Numbered from the stretch's first letter, positions 28,620-38,672 are shown. The stretch is 64,000 nucleotides of DNA from Sedimentisphaerales bacterium (GCA_040772485.1 JAXGYC010000007.1:512001-576000); one strand, 5' to 3'. Translations and numbers: made by a program. The notes: generated from the sequence alone by a model not told the origin.

Positions 28620-29768
28620 ATGGAAATAACGAAACGCGAATTCATCGTGAGAACCGGTTTGCTCGGCATGGCGGGTCTGGCCGGGACAGCACGTGCCTCA
28701 TCGTATGAGCCGACGGGAGCGCAGGGTGCTTCCGTTTATAACGTGCGTGATTTCGGCGCCAAAGGCGACGGCAAGACGCCGGACTCTGAGGCTGTTCAGA
28801 AGGCGCTGGACGCGGCCGGCGCGGTCAGCGGGACGGCCTATTTCCCAGCGGGACGATATCTCTGCCACGACCTGAAGGTCCACGCGCATACCACGGTCAT
28901 GGCAGAGCCTCAGTGGGGCTACCGAGGCGATGCCGGGGCGATGCTGCTGCTGGATTCCGACGACGCGGACTGCCTGCTCAACATCACCGGGGCTCTCGGT
29001 GTCCATCTGCGAGGACTCTTCCTGCAGGGGCGACGAGACACACAGAAACCCATTCATGGCGTTTTCCTCAACAACGCGGAGAAATACAGCCCCAAAGAAG
29101 ATTCTATTGTCATCGACGACTGCAAGATTGCCGGGTTCTCCGGTCACGGCGTGCATCTGCTTCGCATCTGGCTGTTCATCATTCGGCACAGTATCATGCA
29201 AGGCAACAAAGGATGCGGCGTTCAGATCACCGGCTGGGACGGTTTCGTAACGGACAACCAGTTCTCAGGAAACGGAAGTCATGGCTTCGGCTGTGAGGGC
29301 GTGGGCGCCACCGTCATGTTCACGGCCAACCGCGTCGAATGGAACAAGGGATATGGCCTTTACATCTACGCCGGGGACGCGTGGAACGTGACGGGCAACT
29401 GTTTCGACCGGAACTGGGGCGCCGGGATTTGTGCGGCCAGGATGCGCACCACCACCATCACGGGCAATGTCTTCAGACGCTGTGGCAAAGACAGCAACCT
29501 GCTGGCCGAAGGAGAACGCTCCTGCCAGGTCCGCCTGGACGAATGCAACGGGCTGACGTTCGTTGCGAACACGTGTGCGGCCGGGCGCGACGACGGCGGC
29601 CAGGGGAAGTACACGCCGCAGGTCGGGTTCATTCTGCGAAAACTCAGCCACTCGGTGATTGCCAACAATACGCTCTATCGCGGGTTCATGGATCAGATGG
29701 TTGTCGATCTTGGCGAACATGGCGACGGCTACGTGTTCGCCAATAACGTCGGCTGCCCGATGACATGA
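28620..29768 (+). CDS. Pectate-lyase-3-like right-handed beta-helix protein with Tat-like signal
   Basis: MEITKREFI signal; YNVRDFGAKGDGKTPDSEAVQKALD...YFPAGRY; beta-helix repeats. Confidence 0.88.
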   Translation: MEITKREFIVRTGLLGMAGLAGTARASSYEPTGAQGASVYNVRDFGAKGDGKTPDSEAVQKALDAAGAVSGTAYFPAGRYLCHDLKVHAHTTVMAEPQWGYRGDAGAMLLLDSDDADCLLNITGALGVHLRGLFLQGRRDTQKPIHGVFLNNAEKYSPKEDSIVIDDCKIAGFSGHGVHLLRIWLFIIRHSIMQGNKGCGVQITGWDGFVTDNQFSGNGSHGFGCEGVGATVMFTANRVEWNKGYGLYIYAGDAWNVTGNCFDRNWGAGICAARMRTTTITGNVFRRCGKDSNLLAEGERSCQVRLDECNGLTFVANTCAAGRDDGGQGKYTPQVGFILRKLSHSVIANNTLYRGFMDQMVVDLGEHGDGYVFANNVGCPMT

Positions 29769-29817
29769 CGTCAAATCCGACGGCGATCGAGGGGACGGGC
29801 GGCGGGAGGCGAGGGTT

Positions 29818-29925
29818 TAGCGTGGTTTTGATCTGGAAGTTTCGGAGGCGGAGGCCGGCGTGGTCCTGGAGGATGAGGCGTCCGGCGGGCAATTCGCCGA
29901 AGTTGTCCCGGTTCTTGAGCTTGCC
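29818..29925 (-). pseudogene. DUF1080 3' fragment, copy 2
   Basis: KLKNRDNFGELPAGRLILQDHAGLRLRNFQIKT; homologous at DNA level to 27369-27452. Confidence 0.65.
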
Positions 29926-30081
29926 CTGGGCGCCCGTCAGTGGCCTCGACGCCGGAACCTCGCACCCATTTCGGCCCAGCGGAGAAGGTGCTGGCCACCC
30001 TTTCGTTGGCCTCCAAATCCTCGATAGAATCAGCCGATCGGGAGCCGGCCCGGAACTTTGCAGGACAGGATGAGCAGCATG

Positions 30082-30110
30082 TTGCAATCGAGCGCCTATT
30101 ACGGTATCAT
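30082..30110 (+). promoter_or_regulatory. Sigma70-like promoter TTGCAA-17bp-TATCAT
   Basis: Homologous to 13803-13832, upstream of paralog B. Confidence 0.65.
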
Positions 30111-30194
30111 TGAGAGTGTGGCGTGCCGGAGCACCAGTTATGAAGGCAGATGGCGAATCCTGGACTAACGGTGTTGTGTGGAGGAGTGCATATC

Positions 30195-32411
30195 ATGACG
30201 TCGAATGACAAATCCCGGACGAGGCAATTCACATTCACCCTGACAGCCGTCATCGCCCTGTCGACTGCCGTTGCCCTTGGAGGCGAATGCATCATATTCA
30301 GTGAGGAGCTCCCGGACGGCGCTGATTTTGCGTTGCGCGGCGACAGCCAGTTTGTGGTCAGCGACTCGGCCCCCTACCGAGGCGCAAATCACTTGAAACG
30401 CGACTTTGCCACCTATGGGAGCTGGGCCTGGATTACAGGCATCATGAATCTGAATCTGGACCTGTCCGGCATCGACTTCGACACCGCTTATCTCGAGTTC
30501 TACATCGACGGCGGGACGAGCCCCATCAGCTACCTGGAACTGAGGCTGGCGGGCCCCGAGTGGGATCCGGACTTTCAGACTACCAGCGTCACCGTGGATG
30601 ACCAGCCCGGCTATCAATTGGTGCAAGTGATGCTCAGGGATTTCACAAGCAATGGAGTCCGTCCGGCGAACCTCGACGAGTTCACGGGAGGAACGGGCAC
30701 GATCGACCGGATTTCGTGGGGGTTTGAGGCGGCCGGTGATCTGTTGATCGACGAGGTTCGGATTCTCGATGCGGAAGGCGGCGTCATGTCCATTGCCACT
30801 CATCCCGTTCCGGCCGATGGAGCAGCCGACGTACCCAGAGATGCGACCCTAAGTTGGAGGCCCGGCCAGTTCGCCAACACGCATGATGTCTATTTCGGGA
30901 CCTCCTTTGAGGATGTGAATGCGGCCAGTCGGCAAAGTCCCCGGGGGGTCATGGTCAGCCAGGACCAGCAGGGCACAACCTTTGAGTCTGCCGCTCTTCT
31001 CGAGTTCGGCGCCACCTGCTACTGGCGCATCGACGAGGTGAACGCGGCGCCGGACTATACGATCTTCAAGGGCGAGGTCTGGAGCTTCACGGTCGAACCG
31101 TTCGCCTATCCGATTGCGAACGTCATCGCGACCAGCAATGGCACCTCCGATGCCGTGTCCACGCCGCAACGCACGGTGGATGGCTCGGGCATCAACGCCG
31201 ACGATCAAGCCTCGGTCAAAGCCGCCGACATGTGGCTGGCCTACCCGCCGGCCGAGGGGACCCTCTATATCCAGTACGAGTTCGACTCTCTTTACAGGCT
31301 CCACGAGATGCTCGTCTGGAACTACAACGTCCTGTTCGAGCCGATGCTCGGGTTCGGGCTTAAGGATGTCACGGTGGAGTATTCCGATAACGGGACCGAC
31401 TGGACGGCGCTGGGCGACGTCGAGTTCGCCAGGGCGACGGCGACCACCACGTATACCGCGAACACGATCGTCAGTTTCGGCGGCGCGGCGGCCCGGTACG
31501 TGCGGCTGAACGTCAACAGCGGCTACGGGCTCATAGGGCAGTATGGTCTCAGCGAGGTCCGGTTCATGTATATCCCCGCATACGCCCGCCAGCCGCAGCC
31601 GGCCGACGGGGCCACCGACGTGGAAATCGGCACGGCCCTGGCTTGGCGAAGCGGCCGCAACGCTGCCTCGCACGAGGTGCATCTGGGCACGGACCCGGCG
31701 GCCCTGACGTTGGCCGGCACGGTCGACAGCCCGACGTTTGCGCCCGAGGGCATCGAGTTCGGGAGCACCTACTACTGGCAGATCGTGGAAGTCAACGAAG
31801 CGGATGCGGTGACCGCATGGCCCGGCGACGTCTGGAGCTTCTCGACGCAGGAGTACGTCCTGATCGACGGATTCGAGACGTACGACGACAACCTCGACGC
31901 CAAGACGACGATCTTCGACACCTGGCTGGACGGCTGGGTCAACGGCAGCGGCTCAACGGTCGGGTATCTCAACGCCCCGTTTGCCGAGCAGACCATCGTC
32001 CACAGCGGCCGGCAGTCGATGCCGCTGGCGTACGACAATTCGGCTTCGCCGTTCTACTCCGAGGCCGAGTTCGACCTTGGCGGTACGGACCTGATGACCG
32101 GTGGGGCCGTCTCCCTGAGGTTGTTCTTCCACGGTGATGCGGCGAACGTCGCCGCGACGCTCTACGTGGCGATTGAGGATGGCGCCGGCAACGTCGCTGT
32201 CGCAGCGCATCCGGACCCGGATGCGGCCCTCGCCGACTCCTGGCAGGAGTGGGTGATTCCGTACAGCGAATTGACGGCCGGCGGTGTGAATCTGAGTCGC
32301 GCCACCACGATCTACATCGGACTCGGCGATCGGAACAGCCCGACAGCCGGCGGTACGGGACTGGTGTTCATCGACGACGTCGGGTTCGGCACGGCACGGT
32401 CCGGCATCTGA
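30195..32411 (+). CDS. Secreted multidomain discoidin-domain protein (paralog B) with a different, CBM-like N-terminal domain
   Basis: RBS ggagga; signal peptide; C-terminal ~450 aa near-identical to 13979-16255. Confidence 0.9.
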   Translation: MTSNDKSRTRQFTFTLTAVIALSTAVALGGECIIFSEELPDGADFALRGDSQFVVSDSAPYRGANHLKRDFATYGSWAWITGIMNLNLDLSGIDFDTAYLEFYIDGGTSPISYLELRLAGPEWDPDFQTTSVTVDDQPGYQLVQVMLRDFTSNGVRPANLDEFTGGTGTIDRISWGFEAAGDLLIDEVRILDAEGGVMSIATHPVPADGAADVPRDATLSWRPGQFANTHDVYFGTSFEDVNAASRQSPRGVMVSQDQQGTTFESAALLEFGATCYWRIDEVNAAPDYTIFKGEVWSFTVEPFAYPIANVIATSNGTSDAVSTPQRTVDGSGINADDQASVKAADMWLAYPPAEGTLYIQYEFDSLYRLHEMLVWNYNVLFEPMLGFGLKDVTVEYSDNGTDWTALGDVEFARATATTTYTANTIVSFGGAAARYVRLNVNSGYGLIGQYGLSEVRFMYIPAYARQPQPADGATDVEIGTALAWRSGRNAASHEVHLGTDPAALTLAGTVDSPTFAPEGIEFGSTYYWQIVEVNEADAVTAWPGDVWSFSTQEYVLIDGFETYDDNLDAKTTIFDTWLDGWVNGSGSTVGYLNAPFAEQTIVHSGRQSMPLAYDNSASPFYSEAEFDLGGTDLMTGGAVSLRLFFHGDAANVAATLYVAIEDGAGNVAVAAHPDPDAALADSWQEWVIPYSELTAGGVNLSRATTIYIGLGDRNSPTAGGTGLVFIDDVGFGTARSGI

Positions 32412-32429
32412 TGGAACGCCGCTGAACAG
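31059..32429 (+). repeat. Long direct repeat copy 2
   Basis: Near-identical to 14903-16273. Confidence 0.92.
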
Positions 32430-32926
32430 TCTTCGACCCCGATGGCCGCGTTGCCACGAGGCGTTGCACCGCCAGTTCGCGGTTGATGACAGGTCAGAGT
32501 TGCCCGTCGATGGGCTGCCCGAAGCAGAATGCTTGGCTGTCCCGGGGACAGGGGCGACGTTGGCGGTAACCCATGTCGCCTCCCCTCTCCCATGTTCATG
32601 GCTCGAAGCGATAAATCCCAGGGGCCTGGGGACAGAGTCCCCAGTAGCTGAAATGCAAAACAGGCTACCGATGAATTCGTGACTGTCACAACCGGCCCTG
32701 TTGCACTTCGCATGTTAATGCGCCGACTGGGCACGTTGCGTGAATGCCTATCTCGGTTCTTGCGTCCGGTGGGCGAAGAGAGACTCACCGCAATAGTCTC
32801 ACCCTTCCATGAATTCGCGTTCTCCGCTATTGACGCTGCGACTTGTCGATGGAATGATACAGGTGGCGTTCTACTCCATCTGCTCGGCAGTTGGATGAGG
32901 CGGAAAGACTGAGAGGCGTGCGGACT

Positions 32927-33598
32927 ATGGCCGGCAGGACAACTGACCTACGAGCCATGAAACTGGAGCATATCAAGAGGGAGTACGATCGTGCCCAGTC
33001 TTATGTCGAGAGACGTGGTGCTCGTATTGACATCATCAGAGGCTGGAACGTAACCGTAATAGGCGGATACATGGCCTGGACGCTGAAAGCCGGCACCTGG
33101 AACTGGATTTCAGTCCTGCTGCTTCTTGGCGTCATCTGTCTTTTCTGGATCATGGAGGCATTTGCAGTCGCTGGTGTGCGGCTCTTCATCGACTACACGC
33201 TCAATCAAGCGGACAGACTGTTCTCTGCAAGTAGTGATGATTTCGAAAAGCGATTCGCTGCCTATGAATTCATCAACAGCGTCCAAACCAGCAAGTACAA
33301 GGAGTGGTGCAGCAGCGGAGGAAAGGTGGATAGGTTTTCTCAGGGGCTGCTCAATTGTGAAGCAGGCGTGTTCTACTTCGCACCTCTGTGGATTCTATCG
33401 GTCATTCAATACTTGGATTGCATGGATATATCGGGTTGGCTTTTCGCGATCTACTGGGTGAGCATGTTTGTCGCTGGTGCCTTTCTGTTTGGCGTGGCGT
33501 GTTTTCGCCGGGATTGGCTCTGGCGACAGGTGTGTCGTCTCGGGAAATGGGCCTGTCGACTTGGGAAGAGACGTGTGTGTCCGTCGAAACCAACGTAA
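32927..33598 (+). CDS. Hypothetical membrane protein (about 4 TM), lower GC
   Basis: Hydrophobic segments; no recognised motif. Confidence 0.65.
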   Translation: MAGRTTDLRAMKLEHIKREYDRAQSYVERRGARIDIIRGWNVTVIGGYMAWTLKAGTWNWISVLLLLGVICLFWIMEAFAVAGVRLFIDYTLNQADRLFSASSDDFEKRFAAYEFINSVQTSKYKEWCSSGGKVDRFSQGLLNCEAGVFYFAPLWILSVIQYLDCMDISGWLFAIYWVSMFVAGAFLFGVACFRRDWLWRQVCRLGKWACRLGKRRVCPSKPT

Positions 33599-33673
33599 CG
33601 CCCCCGAGAATCGGCTGGATATCGTGCTGATTTCAGCCCTGGATTGCGTACGGCGGCAGGTATCGCTATTCGG

Positions 33674-34147
33674 TCAATGATGCGAGTAGAAGTAGTAGCC
33701 TCTTTGCCGCTCGACATCGTAGGCGAGGGTGTATCCGCCACCATTGCTCCAGCGTTCTTCGTAGAATAGATCGCCTTTAGTTAGAGCCGCGAGACAGCGT
33801 TCCATTCTCTGTTCGTCGGCGAGAAACTCATTGGGCTCGGTGATAGGGGGAACTGCTCCTGTCCTTTCCAGCCACGGCAGGCAACGGAACACAGTCTGCG
33901 GCTCCCCGGCCAGTTCGTGCAGGGGCTTGCCGGCCTGGCGACACCACGCTTCAAAGGGTTCGCGCTGGATGTCGAACTCTGCGATTCGACAGCCCATAAA
34001 CTGATCGATGTAGCTGATGTTCCTCGCTTCGGCCGGCAGCCACGACACCGAATCAACACCGACGCCGTAACCTCCGTTGATATGCTGCCACGCCATAGCG
34101 AGGAGTATCACGAGAGAAATCAAGACTACAATTGTTCGTCGTTTCAT
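33674..34147 (-). CDS. Hypothetical exported protein
   Basis: MKRRTIVVLISLVILLAMAW N-terminal anchor/signal. Confidence 0.7.
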   Translation of the reverse strand: MKRRTIVVLISLVILLAMAWQHINGGYGVGVDSVSWLPAEARNISYIDQFMGCRIAEFDIQREPFEAWCRQAGKPLHELAGEPQTVFRCLPWLERTGAVPPITEPNEFLADEQRMERCLAALTKGDLFYEERWSNGGGYTLAYDVERQRGYYFYSHH

Positions 34148-34452
34148 TGAACGCGACATCCAACCTCTGTGTGATAGAGCGATAGCTCACAAGGGCGCAC
34201 GCCATCTTCCATAACCGCCGCAATGGGATCTTACAGCCGGAGTGCAGACAGGTCAATTGTGAGCCGTGTGGAGAAATCTCGCTGAGAGTGGGCGCCACAC
34301 GAAGGAGCGGTTCTGGGAGACACACAGGGACAGGTGCCTGTTTTCGGTTGATGGATGACGAATATGACCGATAGGTGTGTGATGCAAGATGGGCCGGGGA
34401 CTGGCGGCCCGTTGCTGGTCTGGGTGTACAGCAAGGACAGCGGCGGCGACAG

Positions 34453-34480
34453 GTAGGGGCGAATAATCATTCGCCCCTAC
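34453..34480. repeat. Self-complementary GTAG...CTAC REP-like element
   Basis: gtaggggcgaataatcattcgcccctac; relatives at 60142 and 62422. Confidence 0.75.
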
Positions 34481-34568
34481 GTCTCCAGTGGACGCCCAGT
34501 GGTGGTGGAGGCGGCGGATCGTCGACGACTTGGGGGTTACCGCGGACGTATCACCTTTCACGATGTCC

Positions 34569-34591
34569 GGTACCTGCGATTCGCAGGTAGC
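34569..34591. repeat. Solitary copy of the 23-bp array palindrome
   Basis: ggtacctgcgattcgcaggtagc with the same cc- / -gc flanks as the array copies. Confidence 0.9.
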
Positions 34592-34680
34592 GCGTTGCGA
34601 CCTTCTCACGCCGGATACGGTCGCATGGGAAACACCGGAGACAGACTCACTTGTGGATTCTGCATGGGCTGAAGCCCATC

Positions 34681-35985
34681 CTACGGGATTGTTTGAATGC
34701 AGTAGAGGAAGCGGTTTGAGCGGAGGAAGAGACGCTGATTGCTGATGGCGGGTGAGGCGTTGAAGTCGCTGGGGTCAGATGCGAACTGGTTGTGGGCGAG
34801 GATCCGGAATTCCGGCCGGGCGGGCAGCACGAAGGCGCCGCCCTTTCGCGTCACGACGTAGATTCGGCCCTCGGCGGCGACCGCGGAGGCGTAGACCGCA
34901 AACCGCTCGACGACGGGCAGCTTCTCGCGGTACCGAAGCTCGCCGGTGGCGGTCTCCACACAGCAGGCCTGCCCGTAGGCATCCACCCAATACATCAGGC
35001 CGTCCACAATCACCGGCGACGGCGGGCTGGCAACGTTCTTGCTGGACCAGACGATGTGCGTGTCGGTGACATCGCCCTGGCCGCCGAGGCGCACCGCCAG
35101 AGAGCCGTGCTGACGCGGGCCGCCGCCGTGGATGTAGGCGACGCCGTCGAGGACCACCGGGCTGGGGATCATGTCGTCGTCAATGCCGGTGCGGGCGAAC
35201 CAAAGCTCCCGGCCGGTCAGCGGATCGAGTCCCCAGACCACGGACGGGACGGAAACGACCAGTTCCACGCGGCCATCTGTCTGCTCGGCCACGACGGGCG
35301 TGCTGAACGACAGCCCCGTCTTGGAGGAGTCCTTCTTCCAGACCTGCCGGCCCGTTCGCGCATCCAGCGCGTAGAGGGCCTTGCTCTCGTCCCAGGCGTT
35401 GACGAAGACCAGGTGCTTGTAGAGAGCGAGGCTCGTCGCGGCACCCCAGCGTTTCTGGTCCGTGTCGGCACCCACGCCGGTCTGCCAGAGCTGCTTGCCG
35501 TTCGGGTCGAAGGCGAGTACGCCGGTCTTGCCGAAGAAGACATAGATCCGCTGCCCATCCGTCACGGGGGTCTGGCTGGCGTAGCCATGCTCGCGGAGCA
35601 TGCCCCGGTAGAGGTCTTCCGGCTGCGTCGCCGGCACGGCTGTGTCCCAGAGCAGCTCTCCATCTGTGGCTCTAATGCACACGAGATGGCGCTTCAGACC
35701 GTTCGGGTCGCCCGGCTCGTTCGGGTCCAGGCCATAGCCGGAATAGCACGTCACGTAGACTCGGTCGCCGAAGACGATGGGACTGGACGAGCCCGGTCCC
35801 GGCAGCGGGGTCTTCCAGGCGAGGTTCTCCGTCTCGCTCCACGTCAGAGCCAGACCCGTCTGGTCGCTGACGCCCCGCGCGCCAGGCCCTCGAAACCCGG
35901 CCCAATCCGCTGCCGGCGTGGACCCTGCCGATACTGCCCATGTCACCATCCAGACAACCATCCACGCTGCTGTATATCGTTTCAC
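34681..35985 (-). CDS. PQQ-like beta-propeller repeat protein (BamB-like family), secreted
   Basis: DWAGFRGP...WKTPLPGPGSSSPIVFGDRVY...ASPAISNQRLFLRSNRFLYCI. Confidence 0.9.
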   Translation of the reverse strand: MKRYTAAWMVVWMVTWAVSAGSTPAADWAGFRGPGARGVSDQTGLALTWSETENLAWKTPLPGPGSSSPIVFGDRVYVTCYSGYGLDPNEPGDPNGLKRHLVCIRATDGELLWDTAVPATQPEDLYRGMLREHGYASQTPVTDGQRIYVFFGKTGVLAFDPNGKQLWQTGVGADTDQKRWGAATSLALYKHLVFVNAWDESKALYALDARTGRQVWKKDSSKTGLSFSTPVVAEQTDGRVELVVSVPSVVWGLDPLTGRELWFARTGIDDDMIPSPVVLDGVAYIHGGGPRQHGSLAVRLGGQGDVTDTHIVWSSKNVASPPSPVIVDGLMYWVDAYGQACCVETATGELRYREKLPVVERFAVYASAVAAEGRIYVVTRKGGAFVLPARPEFRILAHNQFASDPSDFNASPAISNQRLFLRSNRFLYCIQTIP

Positions 35986-36155
35986 TACGTTGCTCCCGTT
36001 GCCTGTCTATGCGATCGGCACGTTCCTGCTCATTCCGGGGAATCCTCCTGCCGTGGGCTTCCACCGATCCCATTATACCGACGGGCTCGTACCATGTGTA
36101 GAGTGGGGTTACGCCCGGGTGCATCGACTCCGATCCGCATGGGCTAAAGCCCATC

Positions 36156-38672
36156 CTACTCGTAGCGCAGCGCCTCCATCGGGTCGATCCGCGCGGCACG
36201 CCGGGCGGGTACGTACCCGGCCAGCAGCGAGGTGACGCCGAGCAACACGACGGTCGCAGCGATGCTCGCGGGATCGATGGGATCGACCCCGCACAGAACG
36301 CTGGCGATCACACGGGCAACGGTCAAAGCCAGGACCATTCCCATGAGTAATCCCACCAGCGTCAAGGCCGCTCCTTCCCGCAAAACCATTGCCAGAATAT
36401 CCCTGCACGTGGCGCCCAGCGCCATGCGAATCCCGATCTCCGCGGTCCGGGAGGCCACCATGTATCCCTTGACAGCGTAGATGCCCAAGGCCGCCAGAAA
36501 CAACGCCATGGCGCCAAAAGTCACCGCCAGCCCTGCCACGATGCGTACCAGCCACATATTCGGGCCATTGCGGTGGAAGTCCGACATAGTCATCAGCGAC
36601 AGGATCGCCACGTGCGGGTCCACCTTGCGAATCTCCTGTGGCAGGTTCGCCAGCAGAGCCGTCTGGGCTTCGGGGACGCCGCCAGTCATGCGGACATGGA
36701 TGTAGATCGGAGCGTCGTAGGAGTCCAAATCGCGTGTGAGAGGCAGGTAGACGTGCGGCCGCATCTGTTTCTCGAAGATGCCATGGCGCACGCCCCGCAC
36801 AATGCCCACGACCTCATGAGGCTTGCGCCCGGCCCCCGAGATCAGGCAACCCAGCGCGTTTCCATCGGGCCGAAGCCGGCGCGCCTGCAACTCATCGATG
36901 ACAACGACCGGGGCATCCGTAAGCCACTCCGCGCGACGGAAGTATCGGCCCTGCAACAGTGGGAGCCCCATGGCCTGCAAGTAATCGCCGCCGATACCGT
37001 GAATGATGCTCAGCGGCGTATCCATGGACACAGGCCTGTCACCGTCTGCGTCGGCTCTGCACTCGTGGATGTCGTTGCACGGAATTCCGACTCCGAAGGG
37101 CATGGAAGTGGAAAGGCCGACCGCTTGGACGGACGGCAACGCGCCCAGGTGGTCCACCAATCGCTCGCAGATTTGCAGGCTCTGGCTTCGGGTGCGACCG
37201 GCCCGACGGGGTTCCACTTCGATCAGCAGCTTGTCGTGGAGGCTGTAACCGGGAGTCATGCGAGTCGCGGTCAGGGCACTATGGGTGAACAGGCTTGCTC
37301 CCATGACGAGCACAACGGACAGCGCGGTCTGGCAGGCCGCCGACAGGCCGCGTGGCGAGAGGCGACGAGTTTTCACGATGGGTTGCAGAACACCGCCTTT
37401 GGCTTCCTTCAGGTCGACAACAATGTCGCGCCGGGAAAGCCGCAACGCGGGCCTCAAACCGGACAACACGGCGGCAATCACGCAGAATCCCACCGTCGCC
37501 GCCAGAACACGAGCGTCGAGCCCCGCCTCCAATGCCGTCCCCATCTCGAAGGGCAACCTCAGAGCGCCCAGTGCGGTATTCAGGATCTTCGTACCCCAGA
37601 AAGCAAGGGCCAGTCCGCCGATCCCGCCCAGGCCTGCCAGCAACAGGGACTCGATCAACAACTGTCGTATGATTCGCGTCCGCCCGCCGCCGATGGCCAT
37701 GCGGATGGCAATCTCGCGACGCCGGGAAGCCCCCTGCACTACCTGCATATTTGCGAGGTTCAGGCACGCAATGAGCAGGACAATTCCGGATATACCCATC
37801 AGGAACAGGCCCAAGGCAGACAATTTCCCTTGGTCGTTGTCCTCGTATGTGGTGAGTCTGCCCGGCCGGTGGAGGTAGAACGTGCGCCCCTGCTCCTGCC
37901 GGTCGGGGAAGCTCTCCTTCAGACGCGCCGCCATAGCCGGGAGCCGGGCCTGAGCCTGGGACAGACTCACGTCGGCCTTGAGCCGACCCACCAGGGCCAG
38001 CGTGGGGTAGTCCCAGTAGTCGCTCGACGCGTTGGCCGGTCGCGGTTCCCAGGTGTCCTTGATGACGAGGCTATAGACCCCCAGGGGAAGCCACAGGTCA
38101 GGTCCGAACAGCGATGTTCCCGTGAATCGCTTCGGAGCTACACCGATCACCTGAAAAAGAGCACCGTTGACGGACACTCGTGCGCCCACGATGTTCGGAT
38201 CGGCCCCCTGCCGCTGCCAGGCCCGATAGCTGAGGACAGCGACCGGCGACGCACCTACCCGTTCCTCTTCCGGCAAGAAACTCCGTCCTCGCGCCGGCGC
38301 AATCCCCAACGAGGTGAAGTAGTTGGCGGATACGAACATGGCGTAGGCCCGCCGGGTGCTGTCCCCCTGTTCAAGCGTGACAAACTGCGTGTCCCAGCCG
38401 TGCGCCGCCAAGTCACTGAAGATGGGATTGTTGTCCCGCAGAACGATGTAGGCGGAGTACGGAATGAACGCGAATCCGCGAGAACGGCAACCCATCAGTC
38501 GACCGGGGTCTTTCACCGGCGCAGGCCGCAGTAGCAGCACGTTGACCACGCTGAACATGATCGTGTTGGCGCCGATGCCGATCGCCAGGGTGACCAACGC
38601 AATCGCCGTGAACCCAGGCGACTTCCTCAGCGTCCGCAGCCCGTACCGGATGTCCTGCCACAAAGTCGTCAT
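36156..38672 (-). CDS. ABC transporter permease, duplicated MacB/FtsX (ADOP-type), 6th in transcription order
   Basis: LWQDIRYGLR...TLAIGIGANT..FS; LLIACLNLAN...REIAIR; EIGIRMALGA...PARRAARIDPMEALRYE. Confidence 0.95.
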   Translation of the reverse strand: MTTLWQDIRYGLRTLRKSPGFTAIALVTLAIGIGANTIMFSVVNVLLLRPAPVKDPGRLMGCRSRGFAFIPYSAYIVLRDNNPIFSDLAAHGWDTQFVTLEQGDSTRRAYAMFVSANYFTSLGIAPARGRSFLPEEERVGASPVAVLSYRAWQRQGADPNIVGARVSVNGALFQVIGVAPKRFTGTSLFGPDLWLPLGVYSLVIKDTWEPRPANASSDYWDYPTLALVGRLKADVSLSQAQARLPAMAARLKESFPDRQEQGRTFYLHRPGRLTTYEDNDQGKLSALGLFLMGISGIVLLIACLNLANMQVVQGASRRREIAIRMAIGGGRTRIIRQLLIESLLLAGLGGIGGLALAFWGTKILNTALGALRLPFEMGTALEAGLDARVLAATVGFCVIAAVLSGLRPALRLSRRDIVVDLKEAKGGVLQPIVKTRRLSPRGLSAACQTALSVVLVMGASLFTHSALTATRMTPGYSLHDKLLIEVEPRRAGRTRSQSLQICERLVDHLGALPSVQAVGLSTSMPFGVGIPCNDIHECRADADGDRPVSMDTPLSIIHGIGGDYLQAMGLPLLQGRYFRRAEWLTDAPVVVIDELQARRLRPDGNALGCLISGAGRKPHEVVGIVRGVRHGIFEKQMRPHVYLPLTRDLDSYDAPIYIHVRMTGGVPEAQTALLANLPQEIRKVDPHVAILSLMTMSDFHRNGPNMWLVRIVAGLAVTFGAMALFLAALGIYAVKGYMVASRTAEIGIRMALGATCRDILAMVLREGAALTLVGLLMGMVLALTVARVIASVLCGVDPIDPASIAATVVLLGVTSLLAGYVPARRAARIDPMEALRYE

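Noticed and set aside
14903..32429. Diversity-generating retroelement (template/variable repeat pair)
   Set aside because: No reverse transcriptase in the window, the repeat is far too long, both copies are coding, and differences are not confined to adenines.
36573..38534. 653-aa plus-strand ORF and similar ORFs over the permeases and at 62133-63824
   Set aside because: Antisense shadows of well-supported genes.
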